64,000 nucleotides of DNA from Prorocentrum cordatum. Taxonomy: Eukaryota. Under the pieces are notes generated by a model that worked only from the letters and a program-made list of their open reading frames with translations, did not search any database and was not told the DNA's origin. A program made the position numbers and the translations under genes. The stretch lies in contig CAUYUJ010000002.1 of the NCBI GenBank assembly GCA_963575745.1, positions 1,364,001-1,428,000 of the forward strand, in the 5' to 3' direction. Shown piece by piece: positions 1 to 12,150 of this stretch (its first letter is position 1; every line of letters begins with the position of its first letter).

Positions 1-107
1 GTCCTGCAGCCTTTGGGTGCATGCTTCTTAGAAGCTGCACCACCTGGCCTGTCCATGGCAGCTCAGTGCTGTCTTTGGCACCGCGGTCGATGTCCACGGC
101 AAAAAAA

Positions 108-560
108 TCATCATCATCGTCATCATCTTCATCTTCATCATCATCATCATCAGCATCGTCATCATCATCATCATCGTCATCATCATCACCATCATCATCG
201 TCATCATCATCGTCATCATCATCGTCAGCATCATCACCATCATCATACTCATAATCAGCATCGATATCATCACCACCACCATGATCATAAGCATCAACAG
301 CACCGTCTTCATCATCATCAGCATCATCACCACAATCATCAATACCACCACCATCATCCTCATCAGCATCAGCATCATCACCATGTTACCATCCGCATCA
401 TGGTGACGATCATCATCACCACCATCATCAGCGTCAGCATCATCGCCATCATCATTATCGTCATCACCACCAGCACACCAGCATCACCATCATGATCATC
501 AGCAGCAACCTTATCATCGTCATCATCGTCATCTTCATCGTCATCTTCATCGTCATCTTC
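108..560. repeat. Degenerate (CAT)n microsatellite preceded by A7
   Basis: Direct reading; source of the poly-His, poly-Ser and poly-Met ORFs. Confidence 0.95.
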
Positions 561-600
561 AGCAAGACTAGCAACAACATCACCACCCCCCCCAGGCTTC

Positions 601-708
601 CGCAGGCCAGCGAGGTGATGCCGCGCAAGTGCTCCACCGCCCTCACCAGACCCCAGCCGCATGCCTGGCAGAGCCATATCAGGAGCGCGGCTCCGCTGCG
701 GTTCTTGC
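601..708 (-). CDS. Exon of dual-specificity phosphatase-like host gene (second half of the catalytic loop and following helices)
   Basis: Acceptor CAG at 711-709, then GC AAG AAC CGC AGC... = (G)KNRSGAALLIWLCQACGWGLVRAVEHLRGITSLAC. Joined in phase 1 to exon 32984-33047 it gives VNCQMGKNRS (CX5R). The 3' boundary assumes a G|GA donor at 600-599 and is less certain. Confidence 0.85.
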
Positions 709-1169
709 CTGGGGTCGTCCAGAACCAAGTTTAACAGTAAGCCTACGCGTCACCTTCATGCCCCCTCCTCGCCCCTCCTCTTCCCCCACATCCTCCTTAT
801 CCTCCTCCTCCTTCTTTTCCTCGTCCTCCTCCTACTTTTTTTGGATTTCCTCCTGTAGAGGTTGTGTCCGAGCTGTGTGGGCCATGCACACTTGAAACAA
901 GAAATCGCCAGCTTCCCAACTGATGGGAAGGGGACCCCTCGATGCTACAGCGTCGCACCGAGGCCGGCACAACCAAGGCAAGTCGGCGAGAACGTGGGGA
1001 GGAGGAAAACGAGACGACGACGAGGACGACAAGCGGACCAGCCACGAGACCAGGAAAGGCGAGAAAGACGAGGGACACGAAGAGGAACGACGAGAGGGGG
1101 ACGTCGGCTCATGAGAGCCCGGAGGCCGCAGAACGGCCACAGGGCACGGAGGAAAAAGCCGCGCGCCAG

Positions 1170-1567
1170 TAACCCCAGGAAGCATTTAAGAACCCCCCCG
1201 GCGATATCTTAGCACCGCATTTTTATTCGATATTCCGAGGGGCCGAAATAACCGCACGATAGGTTTAGCACCCGGACACACAACAAATTCGCGGAGGCCT
1301 GGCCCCTGGGCTACTGACAGGCCTTGGGCCCCGAGGGAAGGAGGGGGGCGCGGGAGGAGGAGGAGGAGGAGGAGGAGGAGGAGGAGGAGGAGGAGGAGGA
1401 GGAGGGGGCAGGAGGAAGTTCGTGGGTGGAGGAGAGGAGGAGGAGGAGGATGAGGAGGAGGAGGAGGAGGAGGGCTCCTGGTGCCAGGTAACGCTTCCAG
1501 GGTGCGGAAGGGTTATCGATTTGCCGGAAGGGGGGGGGGGGGGGTTCTTAAATGCTTCCTGGGGTTA
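1170..1567. mobile_element. MITE with a 30-bp perfect terminal inverted repeat and an internal (GGA)n tract
   Basis: TAACCCCAGGAAGCATTTAAGAACCCCCCC (1170-1199) and its exact reverse complement (1538-1567). The ends GTAA|CCC...GGG|TTAG resemble a decayed piggyBac TTAA site; a TA site is the alternative. Confidence 0.8.
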
Positions 1568-2504
1568 GCCGCGGCCCGCCCACGCGGCGCGCGGCACGCT
1601 GCGTGCTTCGATGCCTCGGACCAGGCACGCGGGAGGGAACAGGGGAGGAGGGGGGAAAGGAGGAGGAGGACGAGGAGGAGGAGGAGGGGGGAGAAAACAC
1701 AAGAAACTGGACAGACGAAGGTGTGCGGCCCGTCTCTCCGGCGCGCAGACTCGCGACGGCCTGAAAAAAAAAGGGTGCACATTTGTACCGACGGATTTCC
1801 GTACAGAGGACCCGGCACACATGGGGGGAGGAGGAGGGAGGAGGAGAAGGGACGGCAACGGCAGCGCCTGCTGGGGCGCGCGGCAGGACACTTCGCGCCA
1901 GCGCGCGGCCTCCAGAGGAGAAAAGATTGCACCGGCAGCCTCCGGGCCCAGGAGAAGAGGGAGGACGGGGAGGAGGAGGAAGGAGGAGGGGGAGGGAGGA
2001 GGGGCAGCAAGCAGGCAGGCAAGCAGGGGGCACCGGGGGGAGCACGGCCGCGGGGTGTGAGCCACCTGGCCCCGCTGGTTAGGCGCGCGTGCTCGGGTGG
2101 GGGCAGACGGGGGTGGTGGGGAGAGGGGGCCCGCGCCCGCGGGGGTGGGCTGGCCGGCGGCCGGCGCCTTAAGTCGTCACCCCCGCCAGGCCAGCAGGCC
2201 CTGACGTGGGCGGCCGCCCGCCGGCTCCTACTCTTCCGCCTCCTCCTCCTCCTCCTCCGCCTCCTCCTCCTCCTCGTCCGCTTCTCCTCCTCTGCCAGCT
2301 CCTCCTCTTCATCCGTCCTCCCTATCATTCTCCTCTTCCTCGTCCTGCCTGCCCACCTCCTCCTCCCCTCTACACGTTTATCCGGCTCCGTTGCTGCAAC
2401 CCGTGCTACATATACTTGACGGCCGATTAAACCCAATGCAACCCTCGGGCGTTCCATTCCTTTTGTTTATCAAAAACTCCTCCTTGTCGAACCCCGAAAC
2501 CAGT

Positions 2505-3062
2505 CGGAAGGGCGGGCCACCATTGATTATCCTCAAGCTGAAAATTGACAACAACTTCGCACATGGAAGGCGAATCGGTTTTAAACATGTGGTTCGTGCC
2601 GTAGCGCCGCGGACACTCGTCTAAACAATTGCAAAAGCGTTACGAAATAAGGGCGGGTGGTTTTTCAAACGCGGTTCTTGCCTTAATGATGGGCACATTC
2701 GTTTTCCGAGTTTGCAAGAGCTTCGCGGCTTGAGGGCGGGAGGTTTTCAAAATGTGGCCTCCGCCCCAGCGCCGCGCACATTCGACCTTAAAAACACGCA
2801 GGGTTTCAATAAGGGCGGGTGGTTTTCAAAACGCGGCTCTCGCTTTAGCGCCGCCCACACTCGTGCAACAAAATCATACATAGATTCACGGATTGACGGC
2901 GGTTTTCTTTTCAGCATGTGGTTTTCACCTAAGCGCCTCGCACACTCGCCAAACGAATTCGCAAAAACCTCAAGAATTGAAAGCGGGTGGCAGTTTCAAA
3001 ATGGACTTCGCCTCAAGGCCGCGCGCATTGGTTTGGGCAAATTCTTCAATCTGTCAGTTTTG
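2505..3062 (+). repeat. Diverged ~83-bp tandem array (about 6 units); resumes at 4655-4795
   Basis: Recurring AGGGCGGGTGGTTTTCAAAA(T/C)G(T/C)GG...GCGCCGCGCACATTCG near 2568, 2650, 2733, 2812, 2897 and 2981. Reverse complement of the array at 35868-36378. Confidence 0.8.
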
Positions 3063-3067
3063 AGCGC

Positions 3068-3666
3068 GACAACGCCGTGGTTTGCGTCTGCCGCGGCGAC
3101 CGGAACAACCGCCACAACGCCCTGCGCAACCAGGCATTTTTCGACGCCGTGGCCGCTGGCCACGCTGAGGCGGAATTCGAGCTGCCGGGGCTGCTACCCC
3201 CGCGCCCCGCCGGGGGCGCCACCCCTGGAGGTGAGCAGGGCGGGTCCAAGGTGGACTACAATTACCGCCGCCCCGCCGACGTCGACCTGTCCTGTGGCGC
3301 AACGGAACGGCGGTTGCCTGGGACTTTGCCGCCATGTCCGGGATGCGCGCCGATCTCTTCGCCGTTTCGGCCGCTTCGTCAAGCGCCCCGACGGAGCGGC
3401 ACGATTGGTTCAAAAAGCAACACCAAGACACCGCGCGGCAGTGGGAGGCGCAGGGTTTCACCTTCCTCCCTTCGGTGGTGGAATCCCACGGCGGCGGGTT
3501 GGGCCACGAGGCGCGCAGTGCTCTCGGGTTCCTGACCAAGCGGGTGGCTGACGCCACATGGGAAAACGCTGCCGCTGTAGCGGGCCAACACGCCAAGCGA
3601 CTCTCGACTTCCCTGCGTCGGGGGGACGCACGGGCTCTTTTGCGGCGCCTCGAGACGCATTCTTAG
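3068..3666 (+). mobile_element. 5'-truncated CRE-like non-LTR retrotransposon: C-terminal restriction-like endonuclease region, frameshifted
   Basis: DNAVVCVCRGDRNNRHNALR...E.ELPGLL...RRPADV, then a frameshift to WDFAAMSG...FKKQHQDT...GFTFLPSVVESHGGGLG. This is the RHN / PAD / D / P-x-x-x-E-x-x-G series of RLE-clade elements. Probable 3' UTR to about 4075. Confidence 0.8.
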
Positions 3667-4654
3667 GGGGCGGGGTTGGCCGGGGCCCGTTTGGCCGCGG
3701 CCATAGCGGCCTCCGCGGTGGACGCCGTGTGAAGTTTTCCCGGCGCTGCTTAACGCCCCTTGCCCACCCCGCCGCCCACCCTTGCTGCCACGAGCACTTC
3801 CCCCCGCGCCCCTCCGCCGGCCGTCCTTTCCTCGGCGGGGCGGTGGATGGATCCCGCAAGTGGCAAACCCCGCCGAGCCGCAGCGTGCTGGGCTCGGCCA
3901 AGGCACCCCACAACGATCCGGACACCCCTCCCGATGCTTTTCTTGACACCCAACCCCGCGCCCAGCCCCACGCCCTGCCCTACGCCCAGCCCCACTCCAG
4001 CACGACGAACCCGACGACGAACCCGACAACCGCCACCCACTCCAACGCTGGCACCGCCGCCGTATATCCGTAACCTCGTCGCGGGTGGTCCTTTTGTCCC
4101 GGCCCCTGTTCTGACCCGTCTGCTTGCGGTTGCTCGCCTCTCCCTCCTCGTCTCCCGTCCCTCCTCCCCCTCGCCTTCTCCGCCCTTGCTCCCTGCTTGC
4201 TGTCTTCTTTTGTCCCTTCCCGCCTGCTTCGTCCCGCCGGCCCTGGCCTCCCGCGCGCGCGTTTGTTGAACAAGGACCGACCGCCCCCGCTTTCTTATAG
4301 GCCTACCACGACATGTTCTTAAAACCCACAAATGTTCGAAAAACTGATCAACGCTTTTACACTATAAGCCCGATGTGTTAAAACAAAACAACCCCAACCA
4401 TACACGCTGTAAGAACATTCCGCGCCGACCACAAACAAACAGGTTCTTAGAACATTCTTTGGTGGGGCGATAGGCAAGCAAGGACGTTTCGCCACTGTTC
4501 GAGTTTGCCGTTGTCAGGTTGCTTCTCGTTCCCTCTCTCCTTCTCCGTCGCCGCGCAGCACCAAACTGCCGGGAGCCGGCGGCGCCGCGCGGCGGCGCCC
4601 TGGGGCAGGCGGGGGCCGAGCGCAGCAAAAAGCTGCCGGAGAGTTCGTCCTTCG

Positions 4655-5100
4655 AGAGGGCGGGCCGGTTTCAAAACGTGGCTCTCGCCCCAAGGCGGCA
4701 ACTTCACGGATTGATGGAGGTGATTGTGAAAACAAAACTCCCGCTTTGCGCCGCGGGCATTCGTTCCAAGAGACTGCAAGAGTTTGACGGGTTGCCATGG
4801 TCCTGTACAAAACATGGAGGTTGGGAATTGGGAGCGATTCGGGACTGTCAGGCCGCAACAACTACGTTGATTCGCGGTAACGGAATCCAAAGAATAGCGT
4901 TCAAACACGATTCTGGATCGTCAACTTCATTCGTGGCGTTGAATTCCCAGGACTTGTTTCGGTACGCTGCACGATCTTCAAGCGGTCGTCCCACCGACTC
5001 ATTTCCCTCAGTAGAAAGGAGTCCTTCGATGGGGGGGGCGCTGGGGGATAGGTTTATTCCAAAGTGGTTGGTGACTTTGGGTTTACAATGGTCATGCTCC
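4655..5100 (+). repeat. Distal part of a dispersed repeat (83-bp units plus ~300-bp tail), homologous to 35575-36378
   Basis: Shares CACGATTCTGGATCGTCAA and TTGGGTTT(A/C)CA(A/C)TGGTC, followed by CCT repeats, with the minus-strand copy. Confidence 0.7.
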
Positions 5101-5607
5101 TCCTCTTCCACATCGCCCCGTGCCCCCCCTCCTTTCCCCCCCCCCCCCCCCTTCCTCCCCAGCTCCAGACTGGATGGGTATGGCGGCCTTTCGGCCTACA
5201 AAGGCTTCAAAGGTTTTGTTTGAATTTCCTCCTCGTGGCCGTCCTCGTCGTCGTCGCCCTCCTCGTTCGTGTGTTCGTCCTATTTCCTCTGTCGTCTACA
5301 ATTTCTTCCTTGTCGTGCCCCTCGAATCGTTATCCGAAAGCTATTTCTTCGTCATCATCCTTCCCGTGTAGAAGATCCATGCAGGGATAGCTTCTGTTTG
5401 AGGTGCGACACAATCCGTTGTGTGGGCGGATTGCATTGGATTCGTCATGCTTGCGGGGAAAGCCACAGAAAACAAAACACAAAGAACAACCAAACAACAA
5501 CAACAACAAAAAAAAACACGAACACCGAATGAAACAACCAAGAAACCTTTCACAAAACAAAGAGTATTATTGCGTGTGGTCTCCAGGGCAGTCCAAGAAC
5601 ACAAGCC

Positions 5608-8600
5608 TCAATCAGGCTCGGAGGCTTCATCCTCCCAGGAATCTCCGTCACTGTCAGCTCTGCGGCCTCTCTCAGTGGAGATTCGCCCAAACTCTGCCAC
5701 CCAGTCTAAATCAGATTCAACAAGCCCGAAGCAGCGGAGCACTATTTGGCGCTGCTCCGTCTGGCTCGGGAGAGCCGCCGGGGCAGCATCGGCCCCAGGC
5801 GCCTCATGCACCTCTTCGTTCGGTGGTTCAGCCCGCTGCGGCTCCCAGGTGCTACGTAGCTTGTTGGCCGTAGCCCTGCCGATGCCAACAGGGGCCCCTA
5901 TGTGCAGATCCTTGGTGCGAGCCCTATTGCTAGGGAACCTGCCCTCAGCAAGGCGGCGCAGCTGCTCACGATAGCGCGGCCCTGCCTGAGCCCCGCGGCA
6001 CGGCCCCAGCATCTTAGCACTGGGCATAAGGGCAGAAAAAAAAACTCCGCATCGAAAACAAAATGTGAAAGTCTCGGCAGGGCGCTCAACTATGTGGGCA
6101 CATAAAAGTGCATGCCCGCCGAGGCGCAGAGCTACTCCACAGTATTGGCTCCACGACCCGTCCCATACGAATTCTAGTTCAAGCTCACTCTGGCTGCCCA
6201 GGCGCAGGCAGTCTGCCGCGTCGGTCTGGCCGCCGACGGTCGACTCGGAAGCGCCAGCGGCAGCGGCCGGAATGGCGGGCGGCGCATCCGCGCCCGCCGC
6301 TCCACTGAGGGCCCCTCCTGCAGGGAGCGCTGGTGGGGAACTGGCAGGGCCCAGCACGTCCTCGTAGTCGTTCATGCCGTTGTCCACCATGACGCCCTGC
6401 AGCTCGCCGAACCAGCGGGCACTCTCGCGAGCCAGCTCCTCAATGCCCTTCCACAGGTGGACCTCCCTGCCCGTGATGCCCGTGTGCATGTGGGCCCCGA
6501 GTTCAGCAAAGTGGTCCACGGCATCGTTGGCCTCCCGCTCCCAGTGCGTGGACCTCCCCGCGCCGACATCAGCGGACGTGGCATGCCCGAGAGTCTTGTG
6601 AGCTATCAGGTCCCCTAAGCTGAAATGTCCCCACACTCGGCCCCATAGATGAGGTCGTTGGTCCTGCGGCCTGGCACCAGCCCCAGGCCCGCCCTGCAAC
6701 GTGTCGACGGCCCCTTGGCAGTCGATGTAAACGTCATGGGTGCCTGGCCAGACGAGGTCGCAGAGCATGAAGATGGCGAAATCCTCTCCGTCTCTAGAAG
6801 TCTGCCGCGGGCCAGCCCAGAAAGGGACTGGCCCGTAGGCGGCAGACACCATGCGTCCGAACCGATCGGCCTGGATAACCGCCCAGCCTGCGCGGGCCAA
6901 CTCAGGGATCTCCATATGGAACGCGCTGCCGTCTGTGAACAACGGCCCGTGCAGCAATCCATCGGCTGGACGGTTGACCCACGAAATCAAGTCGGCGGGA
7001 TCCACACGAGGCAGCAGGCGCTGGTGAAGGTAAGACTCCTCGGGCAAACCTTTCTGCGCCTTCCACGCTCCACTCGCGCACGCGGGCAGCCCGGAGCAAA
7101 TGGCGTGCTCCAACCCGCTCTCGTCGCAACTGTTGGTGCGCCGGGCACCCGTAGCAGCGATGCCACACCGTGCCGAGGCCGCTCCGGCAACGCGTGCAAA
7201 GGCCATCCTTCACGAGGCCGTGGCCAAGCAAGCGGGCCTGGCTCCAGATGGTGTTGCAGATGCCGGCCCTCAGAGCCCGCTGCTGACGCTGCGTCCAGAC
7301 TGAGGTCACGCGCTGAAGGAGTGGCCTGAGACCGCTCCAAAACACTGGAAGAGTACCCGGATGATCTGGCCCACCAGCCTCGCCCCCTGCGGCCGCGGCC
7401 GCGACGCCCGACCCGACCCTGCAGAGGGCCATTCTGTCAGAGGCCCGGACAGCAGCAGCCTCCACCAGGGCCCTGAGCTGGCGCGGCGAAGTGCGATGGA
7501 GATCGTACTGCTCAGCCGTGTCGGTCCGGACGACGGCGCTGCTGACCATCTTCCAACCAACGCGGTCTAGGGTGAGGACCAAGACGTCTGCTGGAGAGCA
7601 CGCCACCCGCCAGGGGGACTTCGAAGTTGCGAGCTTCCGCTGGCCGTGCTCCAATGTCACCTGCAATACCCTGGCTGCCACTGCTCCAGACCACACCGCC
7701 TCGCACCACTGCTGGAGCACCTCCGCCGTGTTCAGCACGAGCGGGTCCACGCGGCTTCCACTGCGGTACGAGTGAAGACGGAGCCCCACGCTGGCGCCCT
7801 TGGGCAGCCGACCCATGCTGGTGACCGCACTCACCCTCAGGCCGTGGAGCTGGGACGGCGGGAGGCCCATGACGGCCCCGCCCCATAATCCAGAAGATGT
7901 AGCCCCGAGGCGATGAGCCATGGTGACGTCAGCTCCAGCTTCGCGAAGAATGGCATAACGATGACCGCGTCGTCGGGCTGCAGCCTGGCGCACACTGGTC
8001 GCCGCAACGCGTCGCAGCGCCCCCATGGTGATGTCACCGCCCAGGCTTTTAGCCCCATCTACCCTGGTCCGCGCTGGCAAGCTCCACGCCGCATCGAGGG
8101 CAGAGGCCAACTCGCGGGAGCTGGCCAAGTACCTTTACTTGCCGATGTTCACGGGCAGCGAGAGGCCCCTGAAGGAACCCGGGAGAGATTCGACACCGCC
8201 CCCCAGGCTTGCGACGACCATGTCCTGGCGCCCCGTCGCCTGCAGCGCCGCGTCGTCCACGACGTTCCGGATCTGCAGGCCAAGCCGACCAGCTCGTGCA
8301 GCGCGGAGCGGCCGGAGGAGGACCAGCTTCGCGAGAGTCGCGGCTGCCGAGCATCCAGCAATTATGGAGCCATTGGCCCGCATGGTCCCAGACACAGCGC
8401 CCCCATACAAGACGCGGCGGGGCCCGCTGTACAACATGCAGAGGCCCTTCAGCAGCCGCACCGGAAACTGGAACTCCAGGGCGGCGTCGTACAGGTCCCT
8501 CCGCCTGACGTGCTCGTAGAACTTGGACAGGTCCAAGAGAGCCGTCGCGCAATGGAAGCCGACTGCTCGACCGAAAGCGGCGTAGGCATTGTGTACCCAC

Positions 8601-10717
8601 GCGGCTTCCTCACATGAGGTGGCTCGAGACGTGCCCCAGAAGAAATCCTCCTGGAATCTACGTTCCCATTGCTGGCAGATCGGGGAGCGCATCTTGCTCC
8701 ACAGCTTGGTCACCAAGCAAAGCAATCCGATCGGTCGGAGACCCCCGTCTGGCTTAGGCAGAAAAACCAACGTGGAGAGAAGCTCATCGAGGATGACGGG
8801 GTGGCAGTCGCAGGCCACGATGATGTCCAGCAGCCGGAGCTGGAAGTCCACAGGCAACTGCAAGATCCATCGGGGATGGAAGTCGTCCCAGCCCAATCGA
8901 GCCGCCTCCCGATAGCCGCGGCACGCCCGCTGCAGGTCCTCCAAAGTGAGGTCTGGCATGTCTACGCCATCTGTCACCGCCCAGTTCTCCGGGGCCACGT
9001 CGTCGGATCTCAGCGGGTTGTCCCAGAGCGCCGCCCAATCGTCCAAGAGCTGGACCGCCGCGTCCTGCCCGCCCACCGGCAACCGGCCTCCAGTCGTAGA
9101 GTCCGCCTTGCCTCCAAACTCGTGTTTGTTCAAAGTCTTCTTGGCGAAGCGGTGCGCCTGCTTGCCGCCGTTCTGGACAGAGGCACGGGCCCACGATTTC
9201 CAGTCCTGCATTTTCTGTCTGGCATCTGCTGCCCTACGGCGCCCTAGATCCTGTTCGAGACGCTGCCAAGTCTCCTGGAGGTCGCATAAGCGCCCTTGTC
9301 CTGCATGTAGTGCAAGCAGCTGGAGATCGCACTGGCTGCAGTCATCATTCTCTGGCATCGCAGGCGCCTCCAGTACCGCGATGATATCCTGCAACTTCTC
9401 CACCCAGAGCGTCTGTCGAGCTCGTCCGGCTTGCCCGAGCCCAGTCTTTGAGAAGAGGTCCAGGCGCTGGCAGAGGCAGCGGAACGACCACCACGCAGTG
9501 GTGAGGGGTGACGAGCGCTGGCGTTGCTCGCGCCCCCACGCCGTTGCTAACGGAACCCTCGACGTTCGGGGCCCTCGCGAACGCCCGCCATAAGCAGCCC
9601 AATCGCGCTGCTCCACGCCGTGGAGGCCAACAAGGAACTCTTCAGACTTGTCGTACCACTCCAGGAGCTTGGCCACCAGCGGTACGCCACGACGCCCACC
9701 TCCACCAGCATCGTCGGTGAGGTCCCATGCCCAGTCAAGGGGCAGATGCTCCAGATGCGGACCGTGCGGCAGAGCAACCGCGAACCGTCTAAATCGAGCC
9801 GGTTTCCTGATCCAAGTGCTCGGCCTCGCCCCCTTCAGGTACAATATCACCGGGATGTGGGGCGAGAGGGGTGCATCTGCTAATGCGCCGGCTTTTTTCC
9901 ACGCATGTTGCCAACGTTTCCGCAATAACGAAGTAGTCGAGGACCCGACCCTCATCAGGGGCACCATCCCCGCCGCGTCCAGGGGCGCACGTCGCCACGT
10001 CGGGGGCCACGATCACACCCTTCACCTCGGTCAGCCAACCCGTGCTGTCCAGCTCCTCCGGGGTCAGGTTGAAGTCGCCCTGGATGACCCATGGGGAGTC
10101 GCGCTGGAGGATGATTTCGCCGACCTGGTTCAACAAGTCGATGTTCGGCTGGGCAGGGCCAGCACCGGAAACACCGTAGAACGTCACAAGCAGCAAGCCC
10201 GCAGGAAGTCCTGCACGAACTCGTCGGGCCTGCATCCTATGCTCGCACCCCTGCATGTCCACCTGAGGGGCTGGAAGGGAGGGCAGGCGCCCCTCCACCG
10301 CGAGCCATGCGCCGCCGGAGTGCTCCAGGGCGCCTTCTCCCGTCCGGGCCGCCAGGCCAACCGAGGAAGAGTAGCCTCGCGCAACCATCGCACTTTGCGG
10401 GGCGATGGCCCGTGCATCACTGTGCAACCTGGTCTCCTGCAGGCTCACCACAGTTGGGCCGGGGGTCTGTTCAGAGAGGCCGTAGTCGGCCAGGCCACCC
10501 TGAAGAGCTTGGCGGTGGACCCAGTCGAGCAAGGGGCCCGCCGTAGACCAAGCATTCACATTCGCTCCAAAGATCGTGAAATCTGTGAGGAGCTCCCGGG
10601 GCCCTGGTTGAGGTCCAAGGGGTTCGCCAGGCGGGGCGCTCCGGCACGCTGATCTTGATGGGGATGATCTGGTACTGGTAAGCAGGATCGGCACGCCCTG
10701 CCCGCACGCAGCGTTAC
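5608..10717 (-). pseudogene. LINE-A ORF2 (APE endonuclease, RT, CCHC, RNase H, C-terminal Zn-like domain)
   Basis: APE: GANVN, LQET, GDFN, LDYF, SPH. RT: LPKPDGGLRPIGL, LLDLSKFYEHV, IIAGC, VVDD. CCHC: CTRC-x8-H-x4-C. RNase H: FTDGS, RDGE, YIDC, GH, NDAVD. Lesions: frameshift near 9890, in-frame TAA at 8137-8135, frameshift near 7000-7040. Confidence 0.92.
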
Positions 10718-11872
10718 CCGCGCGGCCGGGCAGGCTTCGACTTGCCGATGCTGCGGAAGACCTGGCCGGTCTTCTCATACAACCGTCTCGCCTTCTTCTT
10801 GCGCTCCTCCTGCCTCTGCCGCTGAGCGTCAGGTTCCTCCTCAACTTCTCCGGCGGGGTCGTCGACGAGCGCGAGGTAGGCGTCCTGGTCGTCCTCTGCC
10901 AACATGTCCCAGTCGGGGGCAACGGAGGCGGCCTGCGATGCGGGTGCAAGTGCGCCATGTTCACCGGCTGGCCCAGCAGCCAGAGGGCCAGCAGGAGCAC
11001 CGCCGACACCACCAGGTGGATCGCTCCGGGCCGCCGCTGCCGCAAGCGCCGACGCCTTGTCCAAGGCAGGCCGGAAGGTGGAATCCAGGGCCGCTCCGGC
11101 GGCCTTGATCTCTTCCGGGCAATTGGCGCAACTGGCCATGGCCTGGAAGCAGCCCAGCAGCGCTTCAAAGGCAGCGAACGCATCGGTAGGGTTGGCGGAG
11201 ATTTGCGGCGGCGCCGGAGCAGACTGGATGCTCTTGGCAACGACGTCCCGCTGCTTCTGGAGCTCCTTGTACTTCTCCTCGTTCTTGGCCACCTCCTGCC
11301 TCCTGGCCTCCACCTCCTGCAGCGTGTCAGCGATCCACTGCTTGTCCGACTCGACCTGGTCGCTGAGCTTGGACATCTGGGTCTCCAGGGTCCTGATCTG
11401 GGTGGCCGTGGGCTTCTCAGCGAGCAGTAGGGACTGGAGCTCCTTCTCGCGCGCCCGCCTCTTCGCCAGGATCGCCGCCACTTCAGGGTCGTCCGCCTCC
11501 AGCTCCAGACGCTTAATGCAGTCCCGGACCTTGGCGAGTTCCTCCTTGGTCGCACTTTTCTCCCCCTCCTCCATGTCTCCTCCACCTCCCACTGCTCCCT
11601 TCGCTCCCTTCCCCTCTTTGAGTTGCTTCTGCAGCTTTGCGATGAGCACGTCCTTCTCCTTGAGCTGCTCAGCGTGCTTCCTGTCCGGGGGGGGGGCGCG
11701 TGCTGGGAGTGGGCGCTTCGACTTTGCCGCCAAAGGCCCGGTCCTTGCCGATCTTGCAGCCAAGGCAGACCTTCCGGAAGCCCTTGTTGACAAAGGGCTT
11801 GGTCGGGTCGCGGCGGTCCGCGCAGCCCAACTTGCACTTCCAAGCATCCTTGTCGGGCTCCGCTGGGGCCAT
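10714..11872 (-). pseudogene. LINE-A ORF1: N-terminal C4 zinc finger and coiled coil; frameshift at a G10 run
   Basis: ATG at 11872: MAPAEPDKDAWKCKLGC...VNKGFRKVCLGC (RanBP2-like spacing). The frame changes at the G run 11687-11696, which could be a sequencing error, into the heptad-rich ORF ending TAA at 10716-10714. Confidence 0.8.
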
Positions 11873-12137
11873 CGAGCCGTGGTGGTTCGACAGCACGTGT
11901 TCGGCTAGGCTGAGCCTTCTGGCCAAACGTGGGGTGACTCGCCCAGCCCGCAGGTGTAGCAAGTCACGAGCGTCGGCACGTTGTAGGCGTGCCCGGTGGT
12001 GCCAAGCCGCTTCGGACGGCGTCTTGGCGATCGATGGGAAGTCCTAGTGCTGGTCTAGGCGCAGGATAGGGCTGATGTATGGTTGGATGGTTCGCTTAAG
12101 AAAGCACCCCAAAACCAATCGCAACCAACGACTGCCC

Positions 12138-12150
12138 CCTGAGCCGAAAC
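12138..12150 (-). other. Degenerate partial DinoSL at the 5' terminus of LINE-A
   Basis: GTTTCGGCTCAGG versus the SL 3' part ATTTTGGCTCAAG: 10/13 identical, all differences are transitions, and it directly abuts the TSD. Confidence 0.6.

Larger units (their letters stand above)
5566..12150 (-). mobile_element. Full-length non-LTR retrotransposon LINE-A (ORF1; APE-RT-CCHC-RNase H-Zn), decayed
   Basis: Flanked by the 16-bp direct repeat TCACAAAACAAAGAGT (5550-5565 and 12151-12166), read as the TSD. 3' tail AATAAT. The 5' end GTTTCGGCTCAGG is SL-like. All domains are in collinear order. Confidence 0.95.

Noticed and set aside
13..560. Poly-His, poly-Ser and poly-Met ORFs
   Set aside because: They are translations of a (CAT)n microsatellite; the same applies at 48409-49500 and 62551-63807.
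8135..9967. Bacterial RT system (retron, group II intron or DGR)
   Set aside because: The RT sits with APE, CCHC, RNase H, ORF1 and a TSD, which identifies a non-LTR retrotransposon.
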